The notes below the pieces were generated by a model that was not told the origin of the DNA, ran no database searches, and saw nothing but the letters and a program-made list of their open reading frames with translations. A DNA stretch of 62,152 bases, counting the filler, from Ionaspis alba (Eukaryota), in NCBI GenBank assembly GCA_964255285.1. It is 6 parts of 6 records of this genome, joined end to end, with 100 filler letters (N's around TTAATTAATTAA, not from the genome) between each part and the next. Parts side by side here need not be neighbours in the genome. Positions count along the whole stretch, not along the records: positions 20,861 to 31,114 come from CAXUUL010000613.1; positions 31,215 to 41,468 come from CAXUUL010000614.1; 4 more parts are not named here. One strand, given 5' to 3'. Positions 24,301 through 36,902 of the stretch are shown in pieces. Each line of letters begins with the position of its first letter. Position 1 is the stretch's first letter. The translations under genes and the position numbers were made by a program.

Positions 24301-25274
24301 TATTTCAACTCAAGCGGTATAGTGGTTCTCCGTCACGGGAGCGCCGGCTCTTATCAGAAACAAAGCGGCGAGGGAGAAGGGAAAGCTATCCGTGATATTC
24401 ATGCTGCTTCATCTTTTCCCTTCACTCACACCCTGGTCAGACAGATTTCAGGAGCCACCCCCAATGGGATTGACTGTGATGGAATAGTGTGCAGTCCATT
24501 CCCTTCCTTCGCAAACTCTTGAGTGTGCGCCGTGCCTCGTTGATTTGTTTCGACAAGCGATCCTTCGTGGACAATCAGTAGGTAGGATTATGCAGGATTA
24601 GCTCATCGTGCACCGGACCCAGCCGTTGAAGGCGCAAAACTGTGAGCCGTACGGCAGCCCCATGCGGGCAGCCATTTTCTTCGTTCATGCACACCAGAAA
24701 TACCTTCGGAGCAGTGATCTTCGAATCTGTGTGTGTCGTTTGCCCGCGTTACATTCACGACCAAGGCTAAAACACCAACACGACCTCAGCGCAATGCCTT
24801 TCCAGACGAGTCGCATTGGCCGCGCCCCGTTACTGACTGCTTTCTGCCACGTGAATGGCGGCGGAGGGAAGAAGAGGAAGGGAAGATATGGGTGGACGAT
24901 TATGCTGCCAGAGTCGCCGACGACCTAGCCCCATCTATGTCAGGTAAGACTGCTCATGCGGAATACAAATGGTGTACATGGTGTTTCATGCAGTCGGCCG
25001 CCCGCACCCACCCCTGCAGAACCTCGAATGGCAACCCCTCGAGCTCCGGCAAGCGATCCCCAAAGGTGGTAGACACTCCGAATGAACCATATCATCCCAT
25101 GTTCTCCCCCATGACCGAGCCATCTTTGCACTTGTTCCCTTTCCCCCTTCATCCGATCTGGACGTTTGCCTTTCCTTTAGTTTGTTCCAACTTTGTTTTC
25201 TTCCGTCGGCCAGGAGGTTTCGTTCTTATTGCAAGAATTGTTGCACCTTACTCCTGAACCAGTCCGATATAGAC

Positions 25275-27339
25275 ATGGCGTCGGAGTCTCCACAATTCTT
25301 GGAAGCTCCCTTCAGCGGCCATGGTCTGAACAACTATATAGCTCGTGCCACTTCACCCCGCACCGTAAGTTTCTAAAGCAAAGCAGAAGGAAAACAATTA
25401 TCCTCCATTCGCATAACTGACAAGACCCAGCCCAGTACTTCAAGACCAAGATTGACAAGAATAATGAGCGAAGAGTCTCGGACGGGGACCAGTGGGCTCT
25501 ATCATAAATGGTCCAAGTCGAGCCCTAAGACACCGAAAACTCCCAAGAGCTTCGAAGGGAAAGGAGGCGACATGGATGAGGTTGAACAAGCACGTCTTCG
25601 TGCACAACTGCCACGCTCCATGGTGTCACCAAAGCCGCTCTCATTACTGGGGATCGGCATGGGATCCAAGCATAAGGATGGATTACTGCCACGAAGAAGA
25701 AAGGAAGGCCTTTCGGATCTTTCTTTGGAGACGATGACCACGGTTCAAGAGTATCCCATGGACTCACGTAAGCGCTCTTGATGACTGATCTGTCTGAGGC
25801 ATTCACTGATAGCACCAGCAACCATACCTGGACGGCCGCCGACTAGTCGAGCACCTCGGAAGAGCCCGAAAGACAGTCCACGGTCCTCTCGCTGGGGAAG
25901 GGGGAGCTTGACACCACGCGCGACAATGGTTCAGAACAGAGAGCCTGAAGTCGATGAATATCAGCAGAGTGCCGTGCCATCGTCTGACAGTGAAGCGAGT
26001 GACATTATAGAGATCAAGCCATCTTCCGCACCCTTATCGAAGACCCTGGCTCCTCTCAAGATACCCTCAAACCAGTATATGCTTCCTGCACAGGCATATA
26101 GACCAACCTCACCTCCCCAAAGCAAAACACCTCCCCAGGTGCCTCCGAAGTCTCCCAGAACTATGTCCAGAGCATCACCTCATTCACGAACAAGTCCAAT
26201 CTCCGCAAACAGCTCGAGTTCGACCCTGCACACTGCCAACTCCTCCATGACGTCTCTCAGTGCGACCGAGGACACAGCCTTATCAGCAAAACCATGGAGT
26301 GCACCACCACGAGGATTTAGTCCTCGTGTACACCAACGAGATTTTGCTCCCGCGAGTGCGGGCACACCATCACCACTACCTTGGGTCTTAAAGCCAATGA
26401 ATGGCAGTCCCTCTAGACATGGGCGAGGAGGAATGTCTATCGACAGCAGGAGCGCACCACCGAAGACACCGAATTCCTTGAGGTCCGGCTCTGTTCCCAG
26501 CATCCCTTTTCATTCGATACCATCACAAGACGGTCAGTCAATCCAACAAGGTATTGCACAAGAGTCCTCTGTCATCAATCGCGGACGGCCTATGAAAAGG
26601 GGTGACATCTCTCTTCAACGGACGTTGAGCAGATCCGTGAAGAACGCAATCTCAATCAGCGAGAATTTCAGCGAACTACCTGTGGGCCTCCATAGATTGG
26701 TGGCTATGGATGTCATGTCACCAGAGGAGCTTCGAAGTCTCACAAGATGGGCGGAGTCGAAGGCCACGACATACCAAGTGCTATACGAAAATCATGTTTC
26801 AAACATGTCTAAAGTGAGTACAATGACTTTATAGCAAAGAAACCTCAACTGACAGAATCCAGGAACTCCATCTTCTCGACGATCGCTGCGAATATCTCCG
26901 TAGAACGTACACATCGCTCAAGGAGGGTCGGCAAGGCCTTCACGAAAGAATGATCGCCTACCTTAAAGGCTGGAGGTGTTCTTCTTTCTTGCGAGAGAAC
27001 ATGCTAAAACAAGAACTTGCGCTTACCGAACTTGATGCTTCTATCGAAGAGTGGAGAACAAAGCTGGAACGTGCAGAGGAGCGCAGAAGCCAGATTCAGA
27101 TCAAGATGCTCGAACATATCGCTGCAGCCGTGACACTCAAGGTTCCCGGGAGTCCTAATCGGTACGCCATGCAAGAAGAGCAGACACCTCCACGAAGTCC
27201 TGAAAAGGTCGATCGATCATTCAGTACTGAACGTCGCGATGTGGAATCAATCAGAGTGTATGCTGACTCGGGAGTTGCTGCTCTGCTGGCAAGCATTGAG
27301 CAAGAAATTGATATGATGGAACGAACGCCGGAAATGTGA
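25275..27339 (+). CDS. Up-regulated-during-septation (Uds1-domain) coiled-coil protein; introns 25365-25430, 25768-25818, 26814-26862
   Basis: Frame-consistent splicing gives ...MTTVQEYPMDSPTIPGRPP... and the C-terminal ELHLLDDRCEYLRRTY...LALTELDASIEEWRTKLERAEERRSQIQIKMLEHIAAAV...ESIRVYADSGVAALLASIEQEI. Confidence 0.75.
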
Positions 27340-27565
27340 TGGTTGTAACGAACATTATAAGGATGATGGCATGGCGTTGGCGGCAACTCCTTTTTACTGG
27401 TCACGGGAGTGGTCATAATTATTCTACCTTTCTTTCCATTCTTTCGATAGCCCGGTTCATTATAGAGTAGTATTCGTTTTATAGGGGTGGCTTATCAGAA
27501 CCGATTTCATGCATCTGCACGAGAACTTCTTCACAAGCAAGTCTCTCCCGCCAAAGATGGTAGAT

Positions 27566-28126
27566 TCACTGGAATTCCGAATTGTCTTGGATGTTTCCGG
27601 TCTCTCCTTCAACTTTGTGTTCTTCGACGAAGCCATCTTGGTCCTCTTTCCAGTAGGTATATCCCAAGCCAGGCTTACACGAGTCGCCACTATGATGGCT
27701 CCGTCTGCATACCCAAACTACTCCATCTAGTAGGACCTTGTCATTGACCACATACCATAATTCTTCAGGGCTCCATGGCCTCAGCGTCCTAATCGAGCCT
27801 TTCTTTTTCTGTTTCTTCGGCTTCTTAGCACTCACACCAGCGTGCTTGTTCTTCCACATTCCTCCATATTGATAGTAAGGCTTATCTGGGCCATCTTGTA
27901 CACCTCCTGACACCCGCTTCCAGCATTTACCGGTGCAGACAAAATGCCAGACCTGTGTCTCGTCTGTTCGGCAGCGGACTAGCACATCGCTGGGAGTTTG
28001 GCAAAGGTCACACGGCTTGCGGTGGGCAAGTGCTGTAATGTCTTCTTTGGATGATTTGAGGTGCTTCTCCCTGGTAAAACTCTCACTATGTGGCTCTGTA
28101 GTTTTGTCATCAGTGACAATAGTCAT
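27566..28126 (-). CDS. Small Cys-rich conserved protein (KPCDLC...FVCTGKCW...YQYGGMWKN) with a C-terminal CBM5/12 (ChtBD3)-like module
   Basis: Intronless ORF from ATG at 28126. CxxC...CxxxC motif, Lys-rich linker, then WSPEELWYVVNDKVLLDGVVWVCRRSHHSGDSCKPGLGYTYWKE. Confidence 0.7.
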   Translation of the reverse strand: MTIVTDDKTTEPHSESFTREKHLKSSKEDITALAHRKPCDLCQTPSDVLVRCRTDETQVWHFVCTGKCWKRVSGGVQDGPDKPYYQYGGMWKNKHAGVSAKKPKKQKKKGSIRTLRPWSPEELWYVVNDKVLLDGVVWVCRRSHHSGDSCKPGLGYTYWKEDQDGFVEEHKVEGETGNIQDNSEFQ

Positions 28127-28318
28127 GACTACTTTTGCAAATTTAGTAGCCAAGTACTCTGGCAGATTGTGGTCGTGGTAGTTGGTGCACAAACAGCAGT
28201 TTTACTGCACGTCACCGGAGCCCGGGATGACGCCTAGGGCTTCCCGCGAGTCCTAAATTTTTTGGAACTGTAGAGCTCCCATGCCTCATCACAAGACCTC
28301 ATAACACAACACCACAGA

Positions 28319-29193
28319 ATGATCCAACGGTCGATATTCCGTCAATCGCGAGCTCTGAGCTCAAGACTCACTCATACACCAGCCTCCTCTCCCTTCAAAT
28401 ACTACTCGCCACCACTCCGGATATCGTCCATCTCTACCCAACAATCTCCCATAGCACGATGCTATTCTACTGCGGCACCAGAAGCCAAATTAAGCAGCGA
28501 AGGAGAAGCAGAAGCCACGACGAAGGAGATCCCGCCAGCTGAAGCTGAAGACCCTCTGAAGAAAGAGTTAGAAGCTAAGAACAGAGAGATCATCGACCTG
28601 AAGGTTTGTCCGCCACACATGTTCGAATCACATCTCCCAAGCACCACGAGCTATGGTTTCTTCCAACCGACACTAACACAGTACAAAACTTAGGATAAAT
28701 ATCTCCGCTCCGTCGCCGACTTCCGCAATCTCCAAGACCGCACCAAGCGGGACATCTCTCAAGCGCGGGACTTTGCTCTCACGAAATTCGCCAAAGACCT
28801 CGTCGAAAGCATCGACAATCTTGACCGGGCCCTAACCACCGTTCCGGCCGACAAGCTCAATCAGGAGACCACAGACAAGGACCTGGCGAACTTGCACAGC
28901 GGTCTGCAAATGACGGAGAATATCTTGATGCAGACGTTGAAAAAGCACGGGCTGGAACGTTTCGATCCGAGTGAGAAGGGAGATAAGTTCGATCCGAATA
29001 TACATGAGGCGACTTTTATGACGAAAATGGAGGGGAAGGAGGATGGGAGTGTTTTCATGACGCAGCAGAAAGGATTTTTGCTTAATGGCAGAGTGATACG
29101 GGTGAGTGAACTAGGGTTGGCTAGAGCGTCCATTGAGGTGAGAATCGAGACTGACTGTTACAGGCTGCAAAAGTTGGCGTTGTAAAAAACTAA
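28319..29193 (+). CDS. MGE1: Mitochondrial GrpE co-chaperone; introns 28604-28693, 29102-29163
   Basis: Arg/Ser-rich presequence, DKYLRSVADFRNLQDRTKRD, FDPNIHEA, KGFLLNGRVIRAAKVGVVKN*. Confidence 0.95.
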
Positions 29194-29505
29194 AAGGACT
29201 CAATGATGACAAGTCTGCATTACGTCTGTATCTTATTAAGATACTTATGGCATGTCTCCCAAAGGTCATATTTCGTCGCAAACGTTGGGAGTTTTCTTAA
29301 TTGTACAAATATCGCCTCTCTCTTCCGACTGTATCTATGTCATACATCAAGTTTTTCGGTCTTCTGGTTGGGCGCTCGATGCGGAGCATCTATAGAAGTG
29401 GAATGATATCTATAATAATTGGCTAATAAGGCCCTTCTGACTTCTATGACTTCTTTGCACAAGATCTTCAAGTGCCTCTTCGAATACGCGCCCTCGATCG
29501 TCCCA

Positions 29506-31003
29506 CTATCTCAATTCAACCCCGATCTTCTCGACCAACTCTGCCCGCACTGCTTCGTGCAGCTCATTAACCTCCTCGTTCGTCAAAGTCCTCTCGAGGC
29601 TCTGATAATTGATCCTGTAACAGAGACTCTTCCTGCCAGTTTTGGGGTGTCTGAATTCATCCACAAGCTTCACATCTTCTACCAAATCACCACCCACATC
29701 TCTTACGATCTCCATAACATCGTTCTCGTGGAAATCCTGAGCATTACTCCTCCCGCCTCCACCAGCGCTGCTGCTGGAACTGCGCAACCAAAACGCGACG
29801 TCCTTGTAGCATGCTGGATACCGCGAGAAAGGCACAAACCGGGACATGCCCTTCTCAGCAGAGAACTGTGACAAGAAGCGCTGATCTTTCGACCAGAAGA
29901 GGCGTATGTCAGGGATCGAGAACAAGAGCATTGCTACACGCTCAAGACCGATGCCGAATGCCCACCCCAGTTTGTCGGGTACTCCAGCATTATTCAACAG
30001 CTCCTGCTTCGAGATACCACACCCAAGCAACTCGAGCCAGTCTCCCTGCCACCAAACCTCCAACTCCCAAGATGGGCTTGTAAATGGGAAGTACGCTTCG
30101 ATCCATCGGACTCGCAGCGGTTCTTCTCCGTCGACCACTTGGACTCCAGCAGCGATCGCAGCTTGTCGAGCCTTGGAGAAGATCTCCACCACGACTCCCT
30201 CAAGGGATCTCTTCAAATGTGCTGCAATGGCTTCAACCTCGTCCAGCCTATGATAACCTTCCTGCAAGGGGTTCCTCGTCTCGTGGACAGTGGTATTTAG
30301 GTCCTCCACGTTTAGATCATATCTTGGTAATCTTTCAACGTCATCCCACACGGCTCTGGTTATATGGCCTCCTGGCACCTCCCGCCGATCCCAAATTCTA
30401 GCTCCCTCCATCTGGTGGAAGACTGGATAATGACTGCGGTCAATGGCATCCCTCCTGTATACGTCCGCGCTGATAGTATATCCATCGCTCTCATCTTTGC
30501 GAAAGATGTCTGCCTCGTGGGCAGAAGTGTGGGTACGTAGAACGGTGTCTTTGTTGATGTAGTACGTATCTGTACGACTTCGACCTGGATGATCGGGAGG
30601 GAAGCCCAGGGAGTCAAAATTCTGAAATACAGTAACGATGGGCGAAAGGTCGTTGTAGTGAGCAAAGGTAGGAGAGGGAAAGTGCGATTCCACCAATTGG
30701 CGTGTTATCGAGATGGGATGGGAGGGTTGGAGGTGTAGCCGGCGGGAAAGAGCAGATAGGATAGAGGTGGGAACATTGGTCCAGTCATCCGTTGGGTATG
30801 TTTTGTTGTTGATGTTGATGGACGGAGCACTCGATGTAACTATGTTTGTGTGTGTTATGATTTGTTTTTGACGCAGGCTAGCAGAGCATACCTGTGGATT
30901 GATGTCGGCAATGTCGACACCTTGAATCGATCGCAGCTATCTGCCTTCCCCAAACCCTCACCACAGATTGCAGACCTCGCAATGTCCTCCCTCTACTATA
31001 CAT
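29506..31003 (-). CDS. MSF1: Mitochondrial phenylalanyl-tRNA synthetase; intron 30840-30891
   Basis: Presequence MYSRGRTLRGLQ..., NFDSLGFPPDHPGRSRTDTYY, HYPVFHQMEG, FPFTSPSWELE, GWAFGIGLERVAMLLFSIPDIRLFW, and a C-terminal FDX-ACB domain. Confidence 0.95.
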
Positions 31004-31114
31004 TGCCTTGCCTCGACTTACGGTCGCAGAGGTCGGTGATGCCGGCAGCTAAACAAAGATGAAGCGGCCGACCCAGCCCAAGAACCGAGCGGCCGGGATC
31101 TCCAGGGGACCGAC

Positions 31115-31214
31115 NNNNNNNNNNNNNNNNNNNNNNNNNNNNNNNNNNNNNNNNNNNNTTAATTAATTAANNNNNNNNNNNNNNNNNNNNNNNNNNNNNN
31201 NNNNNNNNNNNNNN
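31115..31214. other. Artificial contig spacer
   Basis: 44N-TTAATTAATTAA-44N. Confidence 0.98.
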
Positions 31215-31506
31215 CTTCCCACCCCTCCCCAAATCCCTCTACAACAACATCATGACCATCGACACCGTCTACACGCACCCTGCCTACCCCCTCGGTATCC
31301 CCGGGCCGGACGCCGACGACGCAGATGTCGGTCCGAAAGGGTTGGGCGATGTTGAGGAGGAGGTGGTGGCTTGCTTGCCGCCGGAGTGTTTGGAGGCTTT
31401 TCTGGAGGCGAGGGGAAGGGAGAAAGAGTGGAGGGGGATGTGGGGGACGGAGGCGGAGATGGCGCATAGAGGGGATGTGAGGATTACTTATTCGGGTCCT
31501 GTTTAA
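31215..31506 (+). CDS. 3' end of a hypothetical protein, 5'-truncated
   Basis: Open frame from the contig edge: FPPLPKSLYNNIMTIDTVYTHPAYPLGIPGP...LPPECLEAFLEARGREKEWRGMWGTEAEMAHRGDVRITYSGPV*. Coding-like third-position bias. Confidence 0.6.
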
Positions 31507-31896
31507 GCAGGCGGGGAGTGGGAGCGGGAAGGGCGTTTTGGGGGATACCCTGGCTTTTTTGGGCGAGGAGATCGGATGGAGGTGTGGGATTGGCTGAATG
31601 GTGAGTGCTTGGGTTCTCTTCCGCTTGATGGGGTAGAGCTTGACTTGGTGACGAAGATGTCTACTTCTACTCTGTGTTAGAGGTGAAATTAATGGTTCTT
31701 GTCTGGTTGGAAGGATCCAGCATTCGATTTCCCTTCCTTGATGATTGATAGGATCGGTTGACGCATGTAAGAAGGTTTCATGCGCCATCGTTGCAGTCAA
31801 TATTGGGTGAGTGCGGTCTCCAGGTGCCTTCCAATAGTTTATCCTCGTTGATCGGGCGGTTTCCATTTATGAGTCATGATAACTCAGAGTTTCGCG

Positions 31897-32661
31897 TTAT
31901 GTATGTGGTTTTTTCATGATAAATCCGAAATACTCAAATGTCCCAGCATCACCATCTGTGAGCACTTCAACCTCTAGGTCCCATTTCTTTCTCTTCAATA
32001 TGGGTTTCATGAAGTGAGGCTGTCGATATGTAATGTATAAGAATACGCCGCCTGGTTTGAGCACTCTCAAGACCTGATGTGTCATAAGTGGTTACGTTGA
32101 ATGATAATTCCAGAGGCTCGTCTACCTCATCAATATATTCTGAAGTGTTCTTCCGAACCTCTGGCGGCGGATCCCAGAGACTGCCGGAGATCATTGCATC
32201 CAATGTTCCTTTATCGATGGCCACTTCAAACGATTCATCTTCGAATCCATCCATGTGCCGTACGTCCATCACTCGCCAATTGACAATGTCTTGCTTCGAG
32301 ACATATCTCAAGGCCATCTCTCTAATCAACACAGGCGAAAAGTCAACGCAGACCTGGTTCCTGTAGCCCAGGGAAACCAGATCAATAGGAAGTGTCTACA
32401 ACCATAAAGAAATCAACAAATGGCGCCTCCATACGCCATGTTTGCGACGAAAGCACATACGCTATTTCCGCATCCCAAGTGTAAGGCTCGCGGACTTGGG
32501 CTTTCAGACCTTTCCGCAGGAGCTGGCAAGTATTTGGCGAGGAATGGCTTGAGATTCTCAAAGGACTTGAACCATTCATAGCTGGTTTCTTGAGTGGACG
32601 AATATCTTGCATCCCAGTATTCGACAGTGGCAAGCTCCTCCAGAGTTTTCGCATCAGCCAT
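31897..32661 (-). CDS. SAM-dependent methyltransferase, EEF1AKMT4/METTL13-N-like; two introns
   Basis: EYWDARY, YEWFKSF, motif I LHLGCGNS, VDFSPV, VMDVRHM, IDKGTLDAM, RVLKPGGVFLYITYRQPHF. Confidence 0.88.
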
Positions 32662-33211
32662 ATATATTGCCTATACGCTGCATGAATTGGGAGAGACAGC
32701 GAGCTTTGGATAGCCCACAGGATGTCGGATGAAAACAAATTTGTCGACCGCTCGACCGACTCTCAAGTAGCCTTGGTGTGGTATATCTCTCCGTATAGTA
32801 TCCGCCAAACTGAGTTGTATTACCTAGCCAAGGAGGCGCCGATTAACTCGCGCGCTAAAGATTACCTTTTACTCCCTCTCTGCTCTCCCATAGTCCCCTG
32901 TACTCTCCCATAGCGACTTCCTTCGCTTTAGCTGTTGTTGTGTTCTTGCAAGTTTCACACAAGAGCATACATTCAGCCTGTCATGAATGCTAATCAAAGA
33001 GGAAGCAATATAAACATCAATCACAATAGAAAATTGATTTCACAACATGCAGGTCTCCAATGCCAGTGTGCCTGAAGTTATGGATCTCTCTATACAGTAA
33101 CACAAAGTTCTTCACCATCTCTTTCCTCCTCCTCCTTTGGAGCCGGTTGTTCCATGATTTTGTTCCAAAGTTGAGCGCGACCATGTGCTCATTTGGCTTC
33201 CCTTCAATTAA

Positions 33212-34293
33212 TCATATATGAGGAAAGTTTTGCCATATAACAGATTCGTAAGTCGTCGTGGGCAAAGCGCGCAGACCAGCTAGTGATTCAGCAATCAAAA
33301 ACAAACGCGCCAACACATAAATCGATGTTCCCCCAAGATGAAGGATCACGGAATGTATCGAAGCGGCTGTATGAATTCTATCAGGTGTTTTAAACCAGGA
33401 TAGCATCTTTGACTGCGCCACTGTCGAAGCTTCAACCATATACGTCAACGAAAGAAAAGCGATAGTTGAGCTAGACACAAGCCAGATAATGCGCTCGGCA
33501 TTGGTAGGAAAAAAGAAATTCCAGGCGGCAAGGTGGACGGCGCCATATGCGACAACCCAAAGACGAAATACTTGCTCAATCATGATGCTCCATTGCATCC
33601 ATTGGCTCCAGTCTTCCCGGTCGCACTTTAAGGGGGTGATGCGATCACTTGATAGATGATCGACAACCTTCTTACATCGATCCTTGCCCATTCCCAATCT
33701 CCAAAGTATAGGATAATACACTGGCACTACCAGAGGTGGGGTATCAGCAAAGTCAAGCGGCGTTTTCCTATATGCTCGATCCGAATTGCTTGCTCCGGCT
33801 CTAAGAAGGATCATGTCGATGGAGATATTGGGGATGAGGAGATGCCTGCTGTCTGTATATCTGCGGGTTTCTTCCTCCAACACTCAAAAGTCGGTAGTGT
33901 GCAGGCGACAAAAGCTATGGTGGTGAGCTCCGAGGTAGTAACAGCAAGAACTTGGGTCACGCGGCCAATAAATTGTAGCACGAACCATCCGACTTGAAGG
34001 ATGGTGATGAGGCGTGTGAAACCATTGTTTTTGTCCTTGTCATGGATGTCTTGTTGGATTCTCGCAATGGTTTCCTGCGAAAANNNNNNNNNNNNNNNNN
34101 NNNNNNNNNNNNNNNNNNNNNNNNNNNNNNNNNNNNNNNNNNNNNNNNNNNNNNNNNNNNNNNNNNNNNNNNNNNNNNNNNNNAGAACGGACCAGCTGCA
34201 AAAGAAGATGGTTGACAGACAGCTCCATAAAATGCTAAAGGTGCCACGTCCATTAGGCTCGCCGACCCAGCCGTATAAGATCGTCGCATTCAT
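33212..34293 (-). pseudogene. Fungal multi-pass membrane protein (GWVxEPNGRGTxxILWSC family), interrupted by an N gap and a 1-nt frameshift near 33845
   Basis: One frame gives GWVGEPNGRGTFSILWSCLSTIFFCSWSV and DKDKNNGFTRLITILQVGWF...WRKKPADI. The -1 frame gives ILLRAG...YRKTPLDF...YGAVHLAAWNFFFPTNAERIIW...YVLARLFLIAESLAGLRALP...W..FPHI*. Confidence 0.6.
34084..34183. other. Intra-scaffold gap (100 N, no linker)
   Basis: Pure N run. The same gene family continues on both sides. Confidence 0.9.
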
Positions 34294-35356
34294 CGAAACA
34301 GACGTATTCGCGAGATTTAGTCTCGAGGCTTGCTCCGCACAGCCAGAATATATTGGGACTGAGTGAGAAGGGATCACTCGGCGGGGGGTAATGTGGTCTC
34401 AGCAAAGCTGGAATCTCTCTATTAAATACGTCAATAAGGGTTTCGAGGCCGATCGAGATTTCTCGCTTGTATTTCATAGGCAGTCGTATCCGTTATATTA
34501 TTTAAGAAGACTCGTAGAGAAATGTGGGAGGTGCCTCTCCGTATTAAATAGGAACTAAGCCGCCGCTGTAGAACGGATCGGATTCGCTGCCTGCTTGCCA
34601 TCGAGGCTGCATCTAAAGCCTTGAGGTGGGCAAGGCTCGAGGAGCATCTATTAATGCACAACAGTCTTAGGATGTGGTGGCCGTTTTTGATGGAGCATTA
34701 AGGGAGCACAGGAGACCATTGAAGTCGGCGCTACAATTAGCTTGGAACAACATGTTGGCTGTGCAAGCCCGAGGCACATCCGCAAATTTCGCTGCACCAC
34801 TAATTCGCACTCAACAAACATAAAATATTTCAACCACCTCCATTCTGCTCAATTAAATTAAATCAGAACTACAGCTTACATCTGGGTATGGGAAGAAACG
34901 TAGAACGATTTTTCATATTTTCCTAAATCTTTGCTGCGGTTGAAATTGTGAAGAAAGTACAGTGGATCGGTTTTGCAGTGCATCGAGTCCTGCAACTACG
35001 CCTCGAGCTTGGCAAAGTCATTCTGTTGTTTATTCGTCTTTCCATCTCGTTTCCTTGTGACAGCAAGCATGAGATTGCTGGTTGGCGATTGGTTCTCTCA
35101 CACATGTATGTCTCCATTAGTAGAAAGACGGGGGCGATCTTCTGCGTGCTGGAGGCACAGAAGTCCTCGTGGCCCAGTATGCTGTGTTCGGGCTTTCAGC
35201 CTCGTCAAAGTTGCCCTTATCTACCTTCATGAAGAACATCATCTTTGGTGCTCTTTTCATCAGTCTCAGGTATCAGCATACTGATTCACGTTGCTGCGAC
35301 GTCAATGAAGGGCAGGGATGTCTGCACGAAACGTTCCGCCCGCAGTTCGCCTCGAA

Positions 35357-36902
35357 ATGGTGACACCGCTTCCTGGATCGGGGACGCAGCGGACGCACAT
35401 CGACGCTCCTGCCACGACAGCAGATGATTCAGCTCGGAGCTTGCAATCAGTTGCGTCGAATACAAGCTCTGCTATTGCATCAGCAGCAGCAGCCAGTGAT
35501 GGATCACCCGCAGCGTCAAGCGAGGACTTGAATTCGCTGTCACTCTTAGAACCACAATCCTCTGCGCTTTTTCAAGCCCTCGCTCGGGTGGCTGCTGACG
35601 AAGGATCCTCGGGAACTGCGAAATCCAAACCGTTGGACTTGGACCCTCGACTATCCAGTATTATCAACGCTGTTACATGTGTGGCGGCTGCTACATACAT
35701 ATCGCAAGCTCTCAGACCTCCCTCATCACAACCGCAATCTCAACAAGATGCAAACTTCGAGACTTTCCGGCGCGCAGCCGTCGCCTCATCCCCGTCCCCA
35801 TCGCCAGCCTCATCTTCCAATCAGTCGCAAACCTCGCCCGCTAGTTCAGCTCATATGAGTTGGCGGAAACGAATCATTCAGACATGCTCGAGTTCACGAC
35901 TGACTGTGATTGTGGGATTTGTTACCCTGGGAGCATGCGCATATTACTTCTATGGGCAATACATAATAGCCCGCCGGACCTTGGATGTTGAGGTATGGAA
36001 GGACTGTCACGATCGAAAGGTTTGTAATCAGTAGCACGACGCTCCTTCCACGGTGCTTGCCGAAAGCTCTTGACAAGATGGATCGGCCATAATGACACTA
36101 ACAAGCTTTTTGATATTTATAGGATGTCCGAAATTCTTCGGTCTGCCAGCGTTATGCAGCAGTCGGATATGATACATTCGTTTCGCGAGGTCTCTTTGAA
36201 CGCTCTGGGAACGACTCCTTGAACCACTGGAACAGGCCCAACGATCAACAAGGCTCGGTCACAGCTACTAGTTCCTTCTCTTCCATCGAATTGTCCTGGA
36301 GAAAGGGCCTCGCCCTTGGTTCATTGACGATTATCATGGGCGAGGCTCTCAACTATGTTGTCTCCAAGACACACTGGCTGGTTTCAGCTTTTGTTGCGTT
36401 ACTTGCTTACGGAGCCAACTACCACATGTTAGAGAGAATGCTTGGTCACGACGTGGCAACAAAATCGGTCGTGATCAATCTCATCGGTCTCGTTGTTGCA
36501 CCAATCAGTAGCTCCGCATCAGCATGCCTGATCAGAAAGCTATCAGATTTTCTGCGTTGCCGTTACTCACCTTCCGGAAGCCTATCACAATCAAAGCGCC
36601 CCTCGAGCTCATTGTCACTCCGCGTCATCATGCTGGCACTTGTTCCTCTTCTGTTGATCCTCCCCTGGGTGCCATTTGTTGTATTGAATGCCAAACTGGA
36701 CGAATGGATTCAGCATCTTGACTCAATGCCTTACTTCGGCACGTGCTTCACTGGAGTTTCGACGTCTGTCATTATCTTCGCAGTAGCGAGGGCTATCCCG
36801 AGGAATATTCTGCACGAAGAGCAGCAGGATTGTGAGGCTCCGAGCAGAAAGGCGTCTCCTTCGGTTTCAAGGCGCAAAGATCATTTTGTTACTGCTTCCT
36901 GA
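35357..36902 (+). CDS. Hypothetical membrane protein with S/A-rich N-terminus and several TM helices; intron 36020-36122
   Basis: Two long ORFs joined in frame by GTTTGT...ACTAAC...TAG. Hydrophobic segments include LTVIVGFVTLGACAYYFY and VIMLALVPLLLILPWVPFVVL. Confidence 0.65.

Noticed and set aside
21400..25200. 3.8 kb with many short ORFs upstream of the Uds1-domain gene
   Set aside because: No coding bias, domains, splice-consistent model or repeats found; treated as intergenic.
33840..33880. Programmed -1 frameshift in the membrane-protein gene
   Set aside because: No correctly phased X XXY YYZ slippery site; a simple indel is more likely.
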